A stretch of 64,000 nt of DNA, taken from Nannocystales bacterium. Lineage in GTDB: Bacteria > Myxococcota_A > Polyangia > Nannocystales > Nannocystaceae. A program made the translations under genes and the position numbers. Shown here one piece after another: positions 49,953-59,808 of the stretch. How positions within the stretch are numbered: the stretch's first letter is position 1; every line of letters begins with the position of its first letter. The notes beneath the pieces are model-generated. The model was not told where the DNA came from. It did not search any database and saw only the letters and a list, made by a program, of their open reading frames with translations. The stretch is from contig JBOEGF010000011.1 of NCBI GenBank assembly GCA_050633305.1, positions 95,312-159,311 on the forward strand, in the 5' to 3' direction.

Positions 49953-51242
49953 TCAGCCGCGCTTGTCCATGGGGACGTAGTCGCGGGCGCCATGTCCCGT
50001 GTAGATTTGCCGCGGGCGGGCGATCTTCTGCTCTTTGTCGTCGAGCATCTCGCTCCACTGTGCAAGCCAGCCGCTGGCACGTGGGATGGCGAACAGCACG
50101 GGGAACATCTCGGTGGGGAAGCCCATCGCTTGGTAGATGAGGCCCGAGTAGAAGTCGACGTTGGGGTAGAGCTTCCGCTTGACGAAGTACTCGTCGTTGA
50201 GCGCGATCTTCTCGAGCTCGAGGGCCATGTCCAGACGCGGGTTGCGACCGGTGACCTCGAAGACCTGATCGGCGAGCTTCTTGATGACGCGCGCGCGCGG
50301 GTCGTAGTTCTTGTAGACGCGGTGCCCGAAGCCCATCAGGCGACGCTCACCCTTCTTCACACCTTCGATGAAGGACGGGATGTTCTCCATCGAGCCGATT
50401 CCGTCGAGCATCCGCAAGACGGCCTCGTTCGCGCCACCGTGAAGCGGCCCGTACAGGGCTGCTGATGCGGCTGCGAGGGACACGTAAGGATCGGCCTCGG
50501 AGCTGCCCACAGCACGTGCCGCGCTGGCGGAGCAGTTCTGCTCGTGGTCGGCGTGCAAGATGAACAGCACGTCGAGGGCCCGCTCGAGGATCGGGTTTGG
50601 CTTGTAGTTCGGCTCGGCAAGCTGGAACAGCATGCTGAGGAAGTTGCCGCAGTAGGACATATCGTTGTCCGGGTAGACGTACGGCCGTCCGAGCGAGTGT
50701 CGGTACGCCCATGCGGCCATCGTGGGCAGCTTGGCGATGATCTTGACGATGTGCTCGTTGCGGATCTCGGGGTTCCGGACCGCTTTGCTCCCCGTGTAGA
50801 ACGTCGAGAGCGTTCCCAAGAACGCGACCAGACGGCCCATGGGGTGAGCGTCGTAGCGGTAGCCTTCCATGCACGTTTTGAGGAACTCGTGCACGTACGT
50901 GTGCGTGGTGACCTCGTTGGTCCACGCAGCGGACTCCGTCTTGTTGGGGAGCTCTCCATTGAGGAGCAGATAGGCGACCTCGAGGTAGGTCGACTGCTCG
51001 GCAAGCTGCTCGATGGGGTATCCGCGATAGCGCAGGATCCCTTTGTCTCCATCGATGTAGGTGATCGCCGACCGGCAGGATGCCGTGTTCTTGTACGCGG
51101 GGTCGTAGACCATCAGGCCAAAGTCCTCCTCAGAGGATTTCATCTGACGAAAGTCCATGGCTCGAACGGTGCCGTCGTTGATCGGCAGTTCGAAGTTGTT
51201 CCCCGTGCGGTTGTCGGTGATCGAGAGTGTATCGGCGGCCAT
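49953..51242 (-). CDS. gltA: Citrate synthase
   Basis: TYIDGDKGILRYRGY, LHADHEQNCS, GPLHGGANE, GFGHRVYK, PNVDFYSG. Confidence 0.97.
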   Translation of the reverse strand: MAADTLSITDNRTGNNFELPINDGTVRAMDFRQMKSSEEDFGLMVYDPAYKNTASCRSAITYIDGDKGILRYRGYPIEQLAEQSTYLEVAYLLLNGELPNKTESAAWTNEVTTHTYVHEFLKTCMEGYRYDAHPMGRLVAFLGTLSTFYTGSKAVRNPEIRNEHIVKIIAKLPTMAAWAYRHSLGRPYVYPDNDMSYCGNFLSMLFQLAEPNYKPNPILERALDVLFILHADHEQNCSASAARAVGSSEADPYVSLAAASAALYGPLHGGANEAVLRMLDGIGSMENIPSFIEGVKKGERRLMGFGHRVYKNYDPRARVIKKLADQVFEVTGRNPRLDMALELEKIALNDEYFVKRKLYPNVDFYSGLIYQAMGFPTEMFPVLFAIPRASGWLAQWSEMLDDKEQKIARPRQIYTGHGARDYVPMDKRG

Positions 51243-51321
51243 CAGGAGCTCTTCGCGAAAGTGGCGGAACCATACAGCCGCGGCCCGTCCTTGCCAATAC
51301 GGCCGTGCGGGCTCTTTCGGG

Positions 51322-52644
51322 TCAAATCTCGGGGGAGAAGAGCTGCCACACTTCGGTTGCAGCGCCGTCTTGATCTTCGCCGCCTGCGATGACGGTGACG
51401 CCCGTTGCAAGGGTGGCCGCACCGCCGCCGGTGGCCCGCTGTGGACTCCCCGAGGGCTCCTCGCGTTCGAGCGTGCCCCGGTCGAAACGGAACAATCGCC
51501 CTTCGCCTTGCGCGTACACCGCGGACGAATCCTCCAGCCAGAGGATGTCCCGCATCGGAATCGGGAGCAGGTCTGGGAGCCGGCTCACGGTGAGTTCTGC
51601 GTCCGCCGTGTCGACGATCGCACCCTGCTGCGTCGTGTCGCCATCGAGGGATCCTCCGGCGCAGAGTGTGCGCGTCTCGTCCAGCGCGACGCATTGTGCG
51701 CCTGTCCACGCCTCGCCACTTGGTTCGGCCGTTTGGCCAGAAGTGACCGATAGCACCATCGGAAGCGACGGATCGTCCCCGCCGAACACGATGAGGCTCG
51801 CCTCACCTGCGCCGGGGCGGCCGAAGAGCGTCCCACCGCGTCGGGGTGCATCGAGCTCCAGACTCAGCTCGGTGATCGTCGGCGCTGTGCTCTCCTCCGG
51901 GGCGACCCCGACTTGCAGCACTGATGTTTGCTCTCCACCGCCGGCGACGTACGCGAGTGCGGTCTCGGCGTCGAACCAGGCCGCGCCACCGGGGCGAGGC
52001 GGCATGTCTTGCGGGGACACGGTCACCCATGCATCGGTCCCGTAGACGTAGCGGGTCGCGGCGACCTGCTCCGCGTAGGAAATCCGGGTCACGCTGCCAG
52101 TCCCGTCGCCGACGAACACCCCGTCATCGGAAGCGGGGGTGGGCTCGGGGAAGGGGGCGACGGGGACCAATGCGTAGGTGTAGGCGTCGAGAAACACTGC
52201 ACTTCCGTCCGAGCCTAGGGCGATTGCACCACGGCCGGGGGAGTCGGTGATCAGCGTGCTCGCGTCTGGGAGTGCGAAGTCTCGATCGAGCGTTGCGAGG
52301 GTGCCCGGGTAGCCCAGGAACACCACCACACCCGCCCCTGCGGCCCCAGCGAAGGTGAACGGAGGCGTCCTTCCATAGGCAACCAGCGCCTCGCCCCGGG
52401 CGAAGAACACCGAGAGGCTGCGAGACGTGCCATCCGGTGGGAGCTCGAACTCGACGGCCGCGTCGGATCCCTCGACGATGAACTGCTCCGTGAACCCATC
52501 GGGTGTCAGGGAAACCGTGATGTTGTCGACGTCGCTCAGGGGAGCGTCATCTCGTGGGCGTTCAAACGAAATCGCCACTTCTGAGGTGATGTCGCCACAC
52601 GCCGTGGGGGCGACTGCGAGCCACAGGAGCCACCGAGCGTCCAT
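51322..52644 (-). CDS. Lipoprotein with Kelch-like repeats
   Basis: APTAC lipobox and repeated R.GG...(Y/I/L)(V/C/I)(A/F)GG motifs. Confidence 0.6.
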   Translation of the reverse strand: MDARWLLWLAVAPTACGDITSEVAISFERPRDDAPLSDVDNITVSLTPDGFTEQFIVEGSDAAVEFELPPDGTSRSLSVFFARGEALVAYGRTPPFTFAGAAGAGVVVFLGYPGTLATLDRDFALPDASTLITDSPGRGAIALGSDGSAVFLDAYTYALVPVAPFPEPTPASDDGVFVGDGTGSVTRISYAEQVAATRYVYGTDAWVTVSPQDMPPRPGGAAWFDAETALAYVAGGGEQTSVLQVGVAPEESTAPTITELSLELDAPRRGGTLFGRPGAGEASLIVFGGDDPSLPMVLSVTSGQTAEPSGEAWTGAQCVALDETRTLCAGGSLDGDTTQQGAIVDTADAELTVSRLPDLLPIPMRDILWLEDSSAVYAQGEGRLFRFDRGTLEREEPSGSPQRATGGGAATLATGVTVIAGGEDQDGAATEVWQLFSPEI

Positions 52645-52703
52645 AGGGCCGGTGTACCACGCGGAAACATGTTGCGACGGCGGCGATCCCGAAGTAAGCC
52701 AGC

Positions 52704-53513
52704 GTGATGCTGGCGAGACGTTGGGGAGTTTGCGCGCTGTTGTCCGTCTTGGCGGTTGGGTGTGTTGAAGAGGCACAGCCGCAGCAGCTCATCGATGAGG
52801 AGCAGCCCGGTGAGGGGGTCGCGTTCGACGAGGACAACCCGTACGCGGATGTCGAGGGCAAAGCCGACTCGCCGTTGACCTACGAGGTCCCCACGGACCT
52901 TCCGGAGCTCGAACGCCCCGAGATCATCGTGTCGCTGGAGCGCAAGACCGTACACCTCTTCGATCGGGCCACGGGCTTCTCTGCTGTCTACCCCACCGGA
53001 CCCGGTGCGCTGACCTCTTCCGGTCGCAGCATGACGCCCACCGGCTTCTTCGCCACATGGCGTGATGTCGAGGACTACTGGTACTTCATCCCGCGTCGCT
53101 ACGCGCCGGACTATTTCGGTGGGTTCCCGTTCCTGCGTCTGACCATCGAGAACTCGCGAGGGCAGCACACGTACGGCTTCCACGGCCCGATCTCCTACTC
53201 GTGCCCCGGCGGTGCGAGCAGCTGCGATCTCGAGGACCGGCAGTGGTTCCTCAAGCGAGACTTCGTCTCTCACGGCTGCATGCGGATGGAGTCGGACGAC
53301 ATCGTCGACATGTTCTACTCGATCGTCGACCACCCTTCGGTCCCGGTCACGGTGATCGCAGAGACCGAGCTTGACGCGGCGGGCCAGGTCGTCGACCTCG
53401 ACACCGATGTGAAACTGTGGGATGTCGGCGCTTCGATCGCGTACGGCGAGTGCGGCAGCCGATCCGATCCGTATGAGGTCGACGGTCGCTGGACGAGCAG
53501 CGCCTGCGGCTGA
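52704..53513 (+). CDS. L,D-transpeptidase (YkuD) lipoprotein
   Basis: LAVGC lipobox, TPTG.F, YGFHG, SHGCMRM. Confidence 0.88.
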   Translation: MMLARRWGVCALLSVLAVGCVEEAQPQQLIDEEQPGEGVAFDEDNPYADVEGKADSPLTYEVPTDLPELERPEIIVSLERKTVHLFDRATGFSAVYPTGPGALTSSGRSMTPTGFFATWRDVEDYWYFIPRRYAPDYFGGFPFLRLTIENSRGQHTYGFHGPISYSCPGGASSCDLEDRQWFLKRDFVSHGCMRMESDDIVDMFYSIVDHPSVPVTVIAETELDAAGQVVDLDTDVKLWDVGASIAYGECGSRSDPYEVDGRWTSSACG

Positions 53514-53553
53514 GCCGGCTCCCCCCGGCGCCGCTGCTCCGCGCGGTGATCCT

Positions 53554-54774
53554 CTAGCCGATGATCATCGTTTCGCCGCGCCCGGTGTAGTTCGGGTCAT
53601 CGAAGCGACCGGGGCTCCAGTGGGTGAGCACCGGGTGGTCTTTGCCGTGCACGAGGTTGCGGGCGACGATCTCCCCGATCACGGGGGCCATCATGAAGCC
53701 ATGGCCCGTGAATCCGCAGATCTGGATCAGGTTGGGGAATGCGGGGGTGCGGCCGAGGATGGCGTCTCCGTCGGGTGAGACGTCGTAGGGCCCGGACCAC
53801 TGCCGCAAGACCTTGAGCGAACGCGCGATCGGCATGGCACGACAAAGCGCGCGGGAGAGTCGGCCCAAGAACAGCATGGAGCTGCCGAGGTTGATCTCGG
53901 TGGGGTCCGCATCTTCGCCTTCGCTGGGCATGCTGACGCCCGCCACGATCTCGCCCCGCGTGCTCTGCGAGAAGTACAGGCCACAGTCCAGGTCGACGAC
54001 AAGGGGGTCGAGGAACGGCTTGAGCGGCTCGCTCGACATGATTTCGTGGCGGTGGGGGTGGTTGGGTAGATGCACACCAAGCGACACGTTGAGCCCCACG
54101 CTCCACGCTCCGGTCGCGTTGATCACCGTGTCGGCTTCGATCGATTCCCCGGTGGAGAGGTGGAGCGTGAACCCATCGCGACCGCCCGGATCGGGTTCGA
54201 TGCGCTCGACCGAGGTGTGGGTGCGAACCACCGCCCCGCGTTTGACTGCCTGCGCTGCGTAGCCCCAGACAAAGGCCCACGGAAACACGACCGCGTCGTC
54301 GGGGTTGTACGTCGCGACCCGAACGTCGGTGACGTCGAGTTGAGGGACGCGGTCTCGGGCGGCTTCGGGGCTGAGTAGGCGGGTGGGCGCGCCCACGTGG
54401 TGGTGGAGCTCGGCGTTGCGTTCGAGCTGGGCTTCGGCCGCAGGCGTGCGGGCGAGAAAGAGGTAGCCGCCTTGGCGGAACCAGGTGTTGATGCCGAGCT
54501 CTTGGGCGAGGCCGCGACAGATGTCGATGCTACGCATCATCAGCTCGACGTTTTGCCGGTCCGCCCACTGCATGCGCACGCCGCCGCCGTTGCGGCCCGA
54601 CGCGCCGCTGACGAGGTAGCTCCGCTCGATCACGACCACCTTCAGACGCCCCTTGGATTGGCGCATCAGTTGGTACGCGGTCGAGAGACCCATGACCCCA
54701 CCGCCGACGATCACGATGTCGGCGCGCTGCGGAAGCACGGCGTCGGCCGCCCCCATCTCGTAGGTTGGGCTCAC
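53554..54774 (-). CDS. FAD-dependent amino-acid oxidoreductase (sarcosine oxidase beta / proline dehydrogenase-like)
   Basis: IVGGGVMG, GASGRNGGG, QWSGPYDVSPD, GFTGHGFMMAP. The GTG start overlaps the upstream TGA. Confidence 0.88.
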   Translation of the reverse strand: MSPTYEMGAADAVLPQRADIVIVGGGVMGLSTAYQLMRQSKGRLKVVVIERSYLVSGASGRNGGGVRMQWADRQNVELMMRSIDICRGLAQELGINTWFRQGGYLFLARTPAAEAQLERNAELHHHVGAPTRLLSPEAARDRVPQLDVTDVRVATYNPDDAVVFPWAFVWGYAAQAVKRGAVVRTHTSVERIEPDPGGRDGFTLHLSTGESIEADTVINATGAWSVGLNVSLGVHLPNHPHRHEIMSSEPLKPFLDPLVVDLDCGLYFSQSTRGEIVAGVSMPSEGEDADPTEINLGSSMLFLGRLSRALCRAMPIARSLKVLRQWSGPYDVSPDGDAILGRTPAFPNLIQICGFTGHGFMMAPVIGEIVARNLVHGKDHPVLTHWSPGRFDDPNYTGRGETMIIG

Positions 54775-55067
54775 GGTGTCTCCCCGCTCTCGCTCGAGGC
54801 TTCCGGTACGGCAGCCAGGGCTCCAAAGGTCACGGCCTCGGCGGGAGGACGCGCGGTGAATGGTCGCACGGTGTCGGCTTGCGCAAGCCCGCGAGAGACG
54901 AGCAGGCTGACGAGGGTGCACATGCACTCCTTGCCCTGGCATGGCCCCGTGCCCAGCCCCGTGTAGCGTTTGATCTCCTCGACGGTGGACAGCCCGCGGT
55001 CGAGGGCGTCCTCGATCTCGTGGGTCGTGACGTCTTCACATCGGCACACGAATACGCGGTGACTCAT
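54771..55067 (-). CDS. BFD-like [2Fe-2S] subunit
   Basis: CRCEDVT...KRYTGLGTGPCQGKEC...TARPP; ATGA overlap with the upstream gene. Confidence 0.88.
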   Translation of the reverse strand: MSHRVFVCRCEDVTTHEIEDALDRGLSTVEEIKRYTGLGTGPCQGKECMCTLVSLLVSRGLAQADTVRPFTARPPAEAVTFGALAAVPEASSESGETP

Positions 55068-56284
55068 TGCCCGGCTCCTTCTCGATGACACAGCGCTTGT
55101 GCGACGACCTGTCCGTCGTGCGCGGATCGGCCTGCCGCAACGCCTGCGACCTCGCCGGCGGCCCAGAGCGTCCACGGCTTTCCTCCTGGGATGCGGCCTC
55201 CGGGGTGTTCGCGCTGCACCTCGAATCCTGCGCCGTTCCAGCGCACCTCGGCACCGGCCTGCCGCGCAAGTTCGCTGGCCGGCGCAGGTCGTGGCGCGAG
55301 GACGACCAAAGATGTGTCGATGCGGGTGCCGTTGGTGAGCCGGACGTGTTCGACCGCGTCTGAGCCCTCGATGCGTTCGACAGTCTCGGGGAGGACATGG
55401 CGGGCGCGGAGTCCTTGGGCAACACGAGCGCCGGGATCGTCGGGGCCGATGACGACCACATCGCTCGGCACAGTGAAGTGTTGCCGCGAGATCGCGGCTA
55501 CCAACCCGCGTGCGGACACGACGCCCGGAGTGTCATTGCCGTCGATGAGAAGCATGGGGTCCCGAGCGCCTGTGGCGATGACCAGGTGCCGAGGGCGGAG
55601 TGTCACGATGCGGTCGGTCGCGCGCGGCTCGACCGCGGCAGCACAGATCAAGCCTTCGTCGGGGTAGATGCCGAACACCCCCGCTTCGAGGTCGTCGATA
55701 TGCGTCGCGCCTCCGGGCATGCGCTCGAGCGTGATGCAGCGAAGCCCGTGGCGCCGAATCTCCTGGCTGGCGGCGCGTCCGGTTTGACCGCGGCCGATGA
55801 CGACGACGTCCGGCTCTTCGTGCCGGAACACGGCGCCGCGGTCGTCCACGCGGTCGGGCAGGGTCCCCAGACCGGCAAGGTTGCGCGCGACCTCCTTCAT
55901 GATCTCATTGAGGGCTCGCGGCCTCACCATGAGGTGGTGGTGGTCCATGCCCTTGGCAAAGAACTTGTCGGCGAGAGCGGAAGGGTCGGGGCCTCGTCCG
56001 ACCAGGCGGTTTTGCGAGACGACCTTCTGTCCATCGTGGACAGGTGTGAGGCAAATGCGAATGTTGGGCTCTCCGTCGACACGAGCCAAACAGGTGCCGC
56101 AGTCCCCGCTGAGACAATACGGGCCGCGGTGTCGCCTGAACTTGAGGCTTCGGGTGGTGGCGAGTTCCCCCGCGGCGAGGAGAGCCTCGGCGACGCTTTC
56201 TCCGGGGGCGCAGGGGAGCGAGCGGCCGTCGTAGTCGAGGGTCCACGGAGGATCGCCGTGCCGCTGGAGAATGCCTGATGCCAC
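55064..56284 (-). CDS. [2Fe-2S] plus Rossmann oxidoreductase subunit (sarcosine oxidase alpha-like, short)
   Basis: PGESVAEALLA, CLSGDCGTC...C, VIG.G..G, ATGARD...GNDTPGV. Confidence 0.85.
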   Translation of the reverse strand: MASGILQRHGDPPWTLDYDGRSLPCAPGESVAEALLAAGELATTRSLKFRRHRGPYCLSGDCGTCLARVDGEPNIRICLTPVHDGQKVVSQNRLVGRGPDPSALADKFFAKGMDHHHLMVRPRALNEIMKEVARNLAGLGTLPDRVDDRGAVFRHEEPDVVVIGRGQTGRAASQEIRRHGLRCITLERMPGGATHIDDLEAGVFGIYPDEGLICAAAVEPRATDRIVTLRPRHLVIATGARDPMLLIDGNDTPGVVSARGLVAAISRQHFTVPSDVVVIGPDDPGARVAQGLRARHVLPETVERIEGSDAVEHVRLTNGTRIDTSLVVLAPRPAPASELARQAGAEVRWNGAGFEVQREHPGGRIPGGKPWTLWAAGEVAGVAAGRSAHDGQVVAQALCHREGAGQ

Positions 56285-56303
56285 GTCTCCTACGTAGCGC
56301 TAC

Positions 56304-56996
56304 TCAGGCCTGAGCCACAACCCCACGGGGCCCGAAGATGGCCGTGCCCACGCGGACGAGGGTGGCGCCCTCCTCGATGGCGACACGAAAGTCTGCCGAC
56401 ATGCCCATGGACAGTGCACGCAGTTGCACACCCGGGCGGGCGGTCTTGGCATGCTGGTCCCGAAGCGCACGCAGGGCCGCAAAGTGAGAGCGCGTGGCTT
56501 CGGGAGTCCCTTGGGGCGGAATCAGCATGAGTCCGCGGCATCGCACATGGTCGAAATCGGCGAACCGATCGAGCAGGTCGGGGAGGGCTTGGGGGGTGAT
56601 GCCGGCCTTTTGCGCTTCGTCGGCGACGTTGACTTGGACGAGGACATTCTGCGCGACGCCGCGGGCTTCGAGTTTCTCGAGCACCTTGGGCCGGTCCGCG
56701 GTGTGGATCAGGTGCGACCCTGCGACGAGCTTGACCTTGTTGGATTGCAAGGGTCCGATGAAGTGCCAACGGGGCGCTGGGGCGTCCCGCACGGCGTCGG
56801 CCTTTTCGTGCAACTCTTGGGCGTAGTTCTCGCCGAAGTCGAGCAGTCCCGCGGCCCGGGCCTCGACAATGGAGGACAAGGGCTGACGCTTGCTGACGCC
56901 GATCAGGGTGACCGCTTGGCCCTCCCCGCTGCGCGCCGCGGCATCGGACACGGCCTGTTGGATGTGGGCGAGCCGTTGGGCGATGCTCTGCATCAT
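56304..56996 (-). CDS. yggS: PLP homeostasis protein YggS
   Basis: VSKRQP, FGENYAQE, WHFIGPLQSNK, LSMGMSADF, VRVGTAIFG. Confidence 0.96.
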   Translation of the reverse strand: MMQSIAQRLAHIQQAVSDAAARSGEGQAVTLIGVSKRQPLSSIVEARAAGLLDFGENYAQELHEKADAVRDAPAPRWHFIGPLQSNKVKLVAGSHLIHTADRPKVLEKLEARGVAQNVLVQVNVADEAQKAGITPQALPDLLDRFADFDHVRCRGLMLIPPQGTPEATRSHFAALRALRDQHAKTARPGVQLRALSMGMSADFRVAIEEGATLVRVGTAIFGPRGVVAQA

Positions 56997-57583
56997 CGCG
57001 CGCGTTCCTGCAGTCGCGTCAGCACTTGTGCCACGGGGAGACCAACGACGTTCGTGTACGAGCCTTCGAGGCGGGTGACCCAACCGGCGGCTTCGGCTTG
57101 GATGCCGTACCCGCCGGCCTTGTCCCGCCAGGCATCTGTGCCGACGTAGGCATCGAGCTCGGAGGCGGTGAGCGCTCGAAACCAGACCCGGGTGGTCTCG
57201 GCGTGGACTTCGAAGTCACGGGGTCCTGTTGCCAATCCCCAGGCGGTCGTGACTTGGTGCCCGTTCGGACCGGCGATCGACCGCAACATCTCCAAGCACG
57301 CCTGCGGGTCGGTCGGCTTGCCCAGCGGCGCACAGGTCTCCTCCTCCCACACGACCGTGTCGGCGGCCAACAGCGGATGACCGCCCGTGTCTTCGAGTTG
57401 TTCAAGCGCGGCCTTGAGCTTCGCCTCGGCGATGCGTCGTGCGTAGGGGAGTGCGGCTTCGCCGAGCATGGGAGCCTCGTCGCACGCTACGGGTCGCACC
57501 TGCACGGACACGCCTGCATCCCGCAGCAGCGCGGCACGGCGCGGGGAAGCCGATGCGAGTACGATCGAGGGCAGGGCGGGCAC
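56993..57583 (-). CDS. maf: Maf family nucleotide pyrophosphatase
   Basis: IVLASASPRR, AADTVV, LGKP, DKAGGYGIQ, GSYTNVVGLP. Confidence 0.95.
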   Translation of the reverse strand: MPALPSIVLASASPRRAALLRDAGVSVQVRPVACDEAPMLGEAALPYARRIAEAKLKAALEQLEDTGGHPLLAADTVVWEEETCAPLGKPTDPQACLEMLRSIAGPNGHQVTTAWGLATGPRDFEVHAETTRVWFRALTASELDAYVGTDAWRDKAGGYGIQAEAAGWVTRLEGSYTNVVGLPVAQVLTRLQERAR

Positions 57584-57661
57584 GGCGGCATGGTCACAGC
57601 AACCGAACGCACGGGCAAGCGGGCCTCGAGGCCTGGGCGAGGTAGAATCCAACTCGTGAAG

Positions 57662-58558
57662 ATGTCCTCCGTGCGTCCGAGCGTCGTGGCGGCCTACGCC
57701 GCCGTCACCGCCTCCATTCCTCTGATGGTGGTGTCGGTCTCCTTGTTGCAGCCGATCGAGCGGGTTGAGCCCGTCGACGTGGAGGCGGTGGGTGGTGCGC
57801 ACGGCGCTGGCCCTTCCGATGCCGAAGCCGTCCGCGCCTTGGCGGGCATGTGGTGGTGGAAAGCGCTCCCCGGACTCGACGGATCAGACGTCGGCTTCTA
57901 CTACTTCCACGGCGACGGCAAGGGTCTGTATCGCTACGGCAAGGTCGGTGCCGTGAACACGCACAGTTTCGACTACGACGTCGTCGGGGACACGCTCGTG
58001 CTCGAGTTTCGCAAAAGCGGTGTTCGCCACGAGTTGCCCTTTGCGGTGGAATCCGAGGGAGCCATCGACTGGCTGACGTTGGACTACGATCCGGAGACTC
58101 AGACCAAGGGGGCGCGCTATTTTCGGGACCAGCCCGGGCCGATCGAGCCGCATGTCGAGGCGACGCCCGAGCCCGGGCAACCACCCGCAGGACACATGTG
58201 GATCGACCTCGAGCGATATGCAACGGGCGGCATCGGGTTCCACATGTATCAGTTCAGACCGGCGGGCATGGACGGCCGCGGGGTGGGCTGGTTCCATCGC
58301 GGAGACTTCGACGACTGGACCACCGAGGCGTTCACCTTCCGGATCGCGGGGGAGAAGATGTCGATGCACTTCACCTTGGCCGACCGGACCGAGGTGACGG
58401 ACTTTTCGGTGGACACCGGAGAGCCCCGAACCTTGAGGTTCGAGGCTGATCCCCGTGACTTCTGGCATCCCCACGCCTATCTCGACATGGGGGCTTCGTT
58501 CGGCGTCGTGCCGGAGGCTGCCTGGGCCATGGGTGTGCCCTACAACCGGACCGAGTAG
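57662..58558 (+). CDS. Membrane-anchored hypothetical protein with two similar aromatic beta-rich halves
   Basis: N-terminal TM. Half 1 GMWWWK...FYYFHGDGKGLYRYG; half 2 GHMWID...MYQF...DGRGVGWFHRG. Confidence 0.65.
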   Translation: MSSVRPSVVAAYAAVTASIPLMVVSVSLLQPIERVEPVDVEAVGGAHGAGPSDAEAVRALAGMWWWKALPGLDGSDVGFYYFHGDGKGLYRYGKVGAVNTHSFDYDVVGDTLVLEFRKSGVRHELPFAVESEGAIDWLTLDYDPETQTKGARYFRDQPGPIEPHVEATPEPGQPPAGHMWIDLERYATGGIGFHMYQFRPAGMDGRGVGWFHRGDFDDWTTEAFTFRIAGEKMSMHFTLADRTEVTDFSVDTGEPRTLRFEADPRDFWHPHAYLDMGASFGVVPEAAWAMGVPYNRTE

Positions 58559-59571
58559 ACCACGCCCATCGCGGGCGACCCAAAGGCGTCGAAGCTTGCG
58601 GTGCTGAGCGCGGCGGCGACACAGCGGCCCAAACTGTTGGCGTGCGGCGCCTGTGGGACGGCTGAGCGCACCTTGCCGGAGCCTGCGATGGAGAGCTTGA
58701 CCTTGACGGTTGTCCCCGCTGCCGCGGCGTGCATGTCCCGACACTGCTTGGCCTCGGACTTGGGGCCCGTCAGCGCCTTGCGGATCTGCGAGGACGAGAG
58801 CTTCGTGGGCAACGAGACCGTCGGCGTGCTGGGCTTGGCCTTGGGTTTGGCTGCGCCGCGTCCACACGAGGCGGGGTCGACGATGCACTGGACGCTCAGG
58901 GCGTCCTGGCTTTGGGTCTTGGACTCGGGCTTGGCTACGGACTTCGGGGCTGCGGCGGGTTTGCTCGCTTTCGTCTTCGCTTTGTTCGCCGCTGCTCGCT
59001 TGGTCTTGGTCCGCTTTGACTTGCTGCGGGCCTTGGGGGCGGGCTTCGCCACCGGCTCAGGCTCAGGCTCAGCCGTCGGCATCGCAGCCGCAGCCGTATC
59101 CGCTTCGGCGACGTGGGGGATCAACGCACCGTGGGCGTGCAGCCCGTGTGCGACCTGGTCGTCGTCATGGTCGAGGACGGCGGCGGCCATGGTGGGGCGA
59201 GGCGCTGGGTCCTGGGTGGCTTGGGTTCCGTGCGGCATGCCCAGGGCGACCATGGTGGTCAGCGCGACGACGGCACCGCCGAGCAAACCGAGGGTTGCGA
59301 CCGCCCAACGCGGCGTCGAAGGCGGCGGAGGCGGCATCGGGTCGGGGCCCGAGACCAGTCGCGACGTCGTCAGATCGTCGGCCACACTCCTGGGCCCGGC
59401 GAGGCGCAACTCGTCCAGATCGATCACGCCGGAGCTGTCGGCTGCCTGCGCAACGGCGGGGGCGCGGGTGGCCTCGAGGGCACGCAGCGAGTCCAACGAG
59501 AATGCGTGGGAGTCTTCGCGAGTCGAGGGCGTACGGGGACGGGGAGGGGTGACGTCGTGCTTGGTGATCAT
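58540..59571 (-). CDS. Bitopic protein with Lys/Pro/Ala linker and TonB-C/AgmX-like C-terminal domain
   Basis: DSSGVIDL, TM, linker, LSSSQIR...QC...GTTVKVKLSI.GSGKV...GRCV. Confidence 0.65.
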   Translation of the reverse strand: MITKHDVTPPRPRTPSTREDSHAFSLDSLRALEATRAPAVAQAADSSGVIDLDELRLAGPRSVADDLTTSRLVSGPDPMPPPPPSTPRWAVATLGLLGGAVVALTTMVALGMPHGTQATQDPAPRPTMAAAVLDHDDDQVAHGLHAHGALIPHVAEADTAAAAMPTAEPEPEPVAKPAPKARSKSKRTKTKRAAANKAKTKASKPAAAPKSVAKPESKTQSQDALSVQCIVDPASCGRGAAKPKAKPSTPTVSLPTKLSSSQIRKALTGPKSEAKQCRDMHAAAAGTTVKVKLSIAGSGKVRSAVPQAPHANSLGRCVAAALSTASFDAFGSPAMGVVYSVRL

Positions 59572-59808
59572 CGGACTTCGGCTTCCTGCGCGGCGTCACG
59601 TGGCCTCGTCCGTCGAGGGTCTGCAAGGACGTCGCGCTGTAGATTCGACGGCCTCGGCGTCAGAGTATTGGCGATATGTACGGAATGTTTACGGTTTTAC
59701 GGGGTTCCCCTCAGGGCTCCACCGCGTGCTCGAAGGGGTTGACCCCCTCTGCGGGTGGATCCACCCGAGGCAGGCTGCCCCGTGGGGCCCCGGTGCTACC
59801 ATCGCTGC

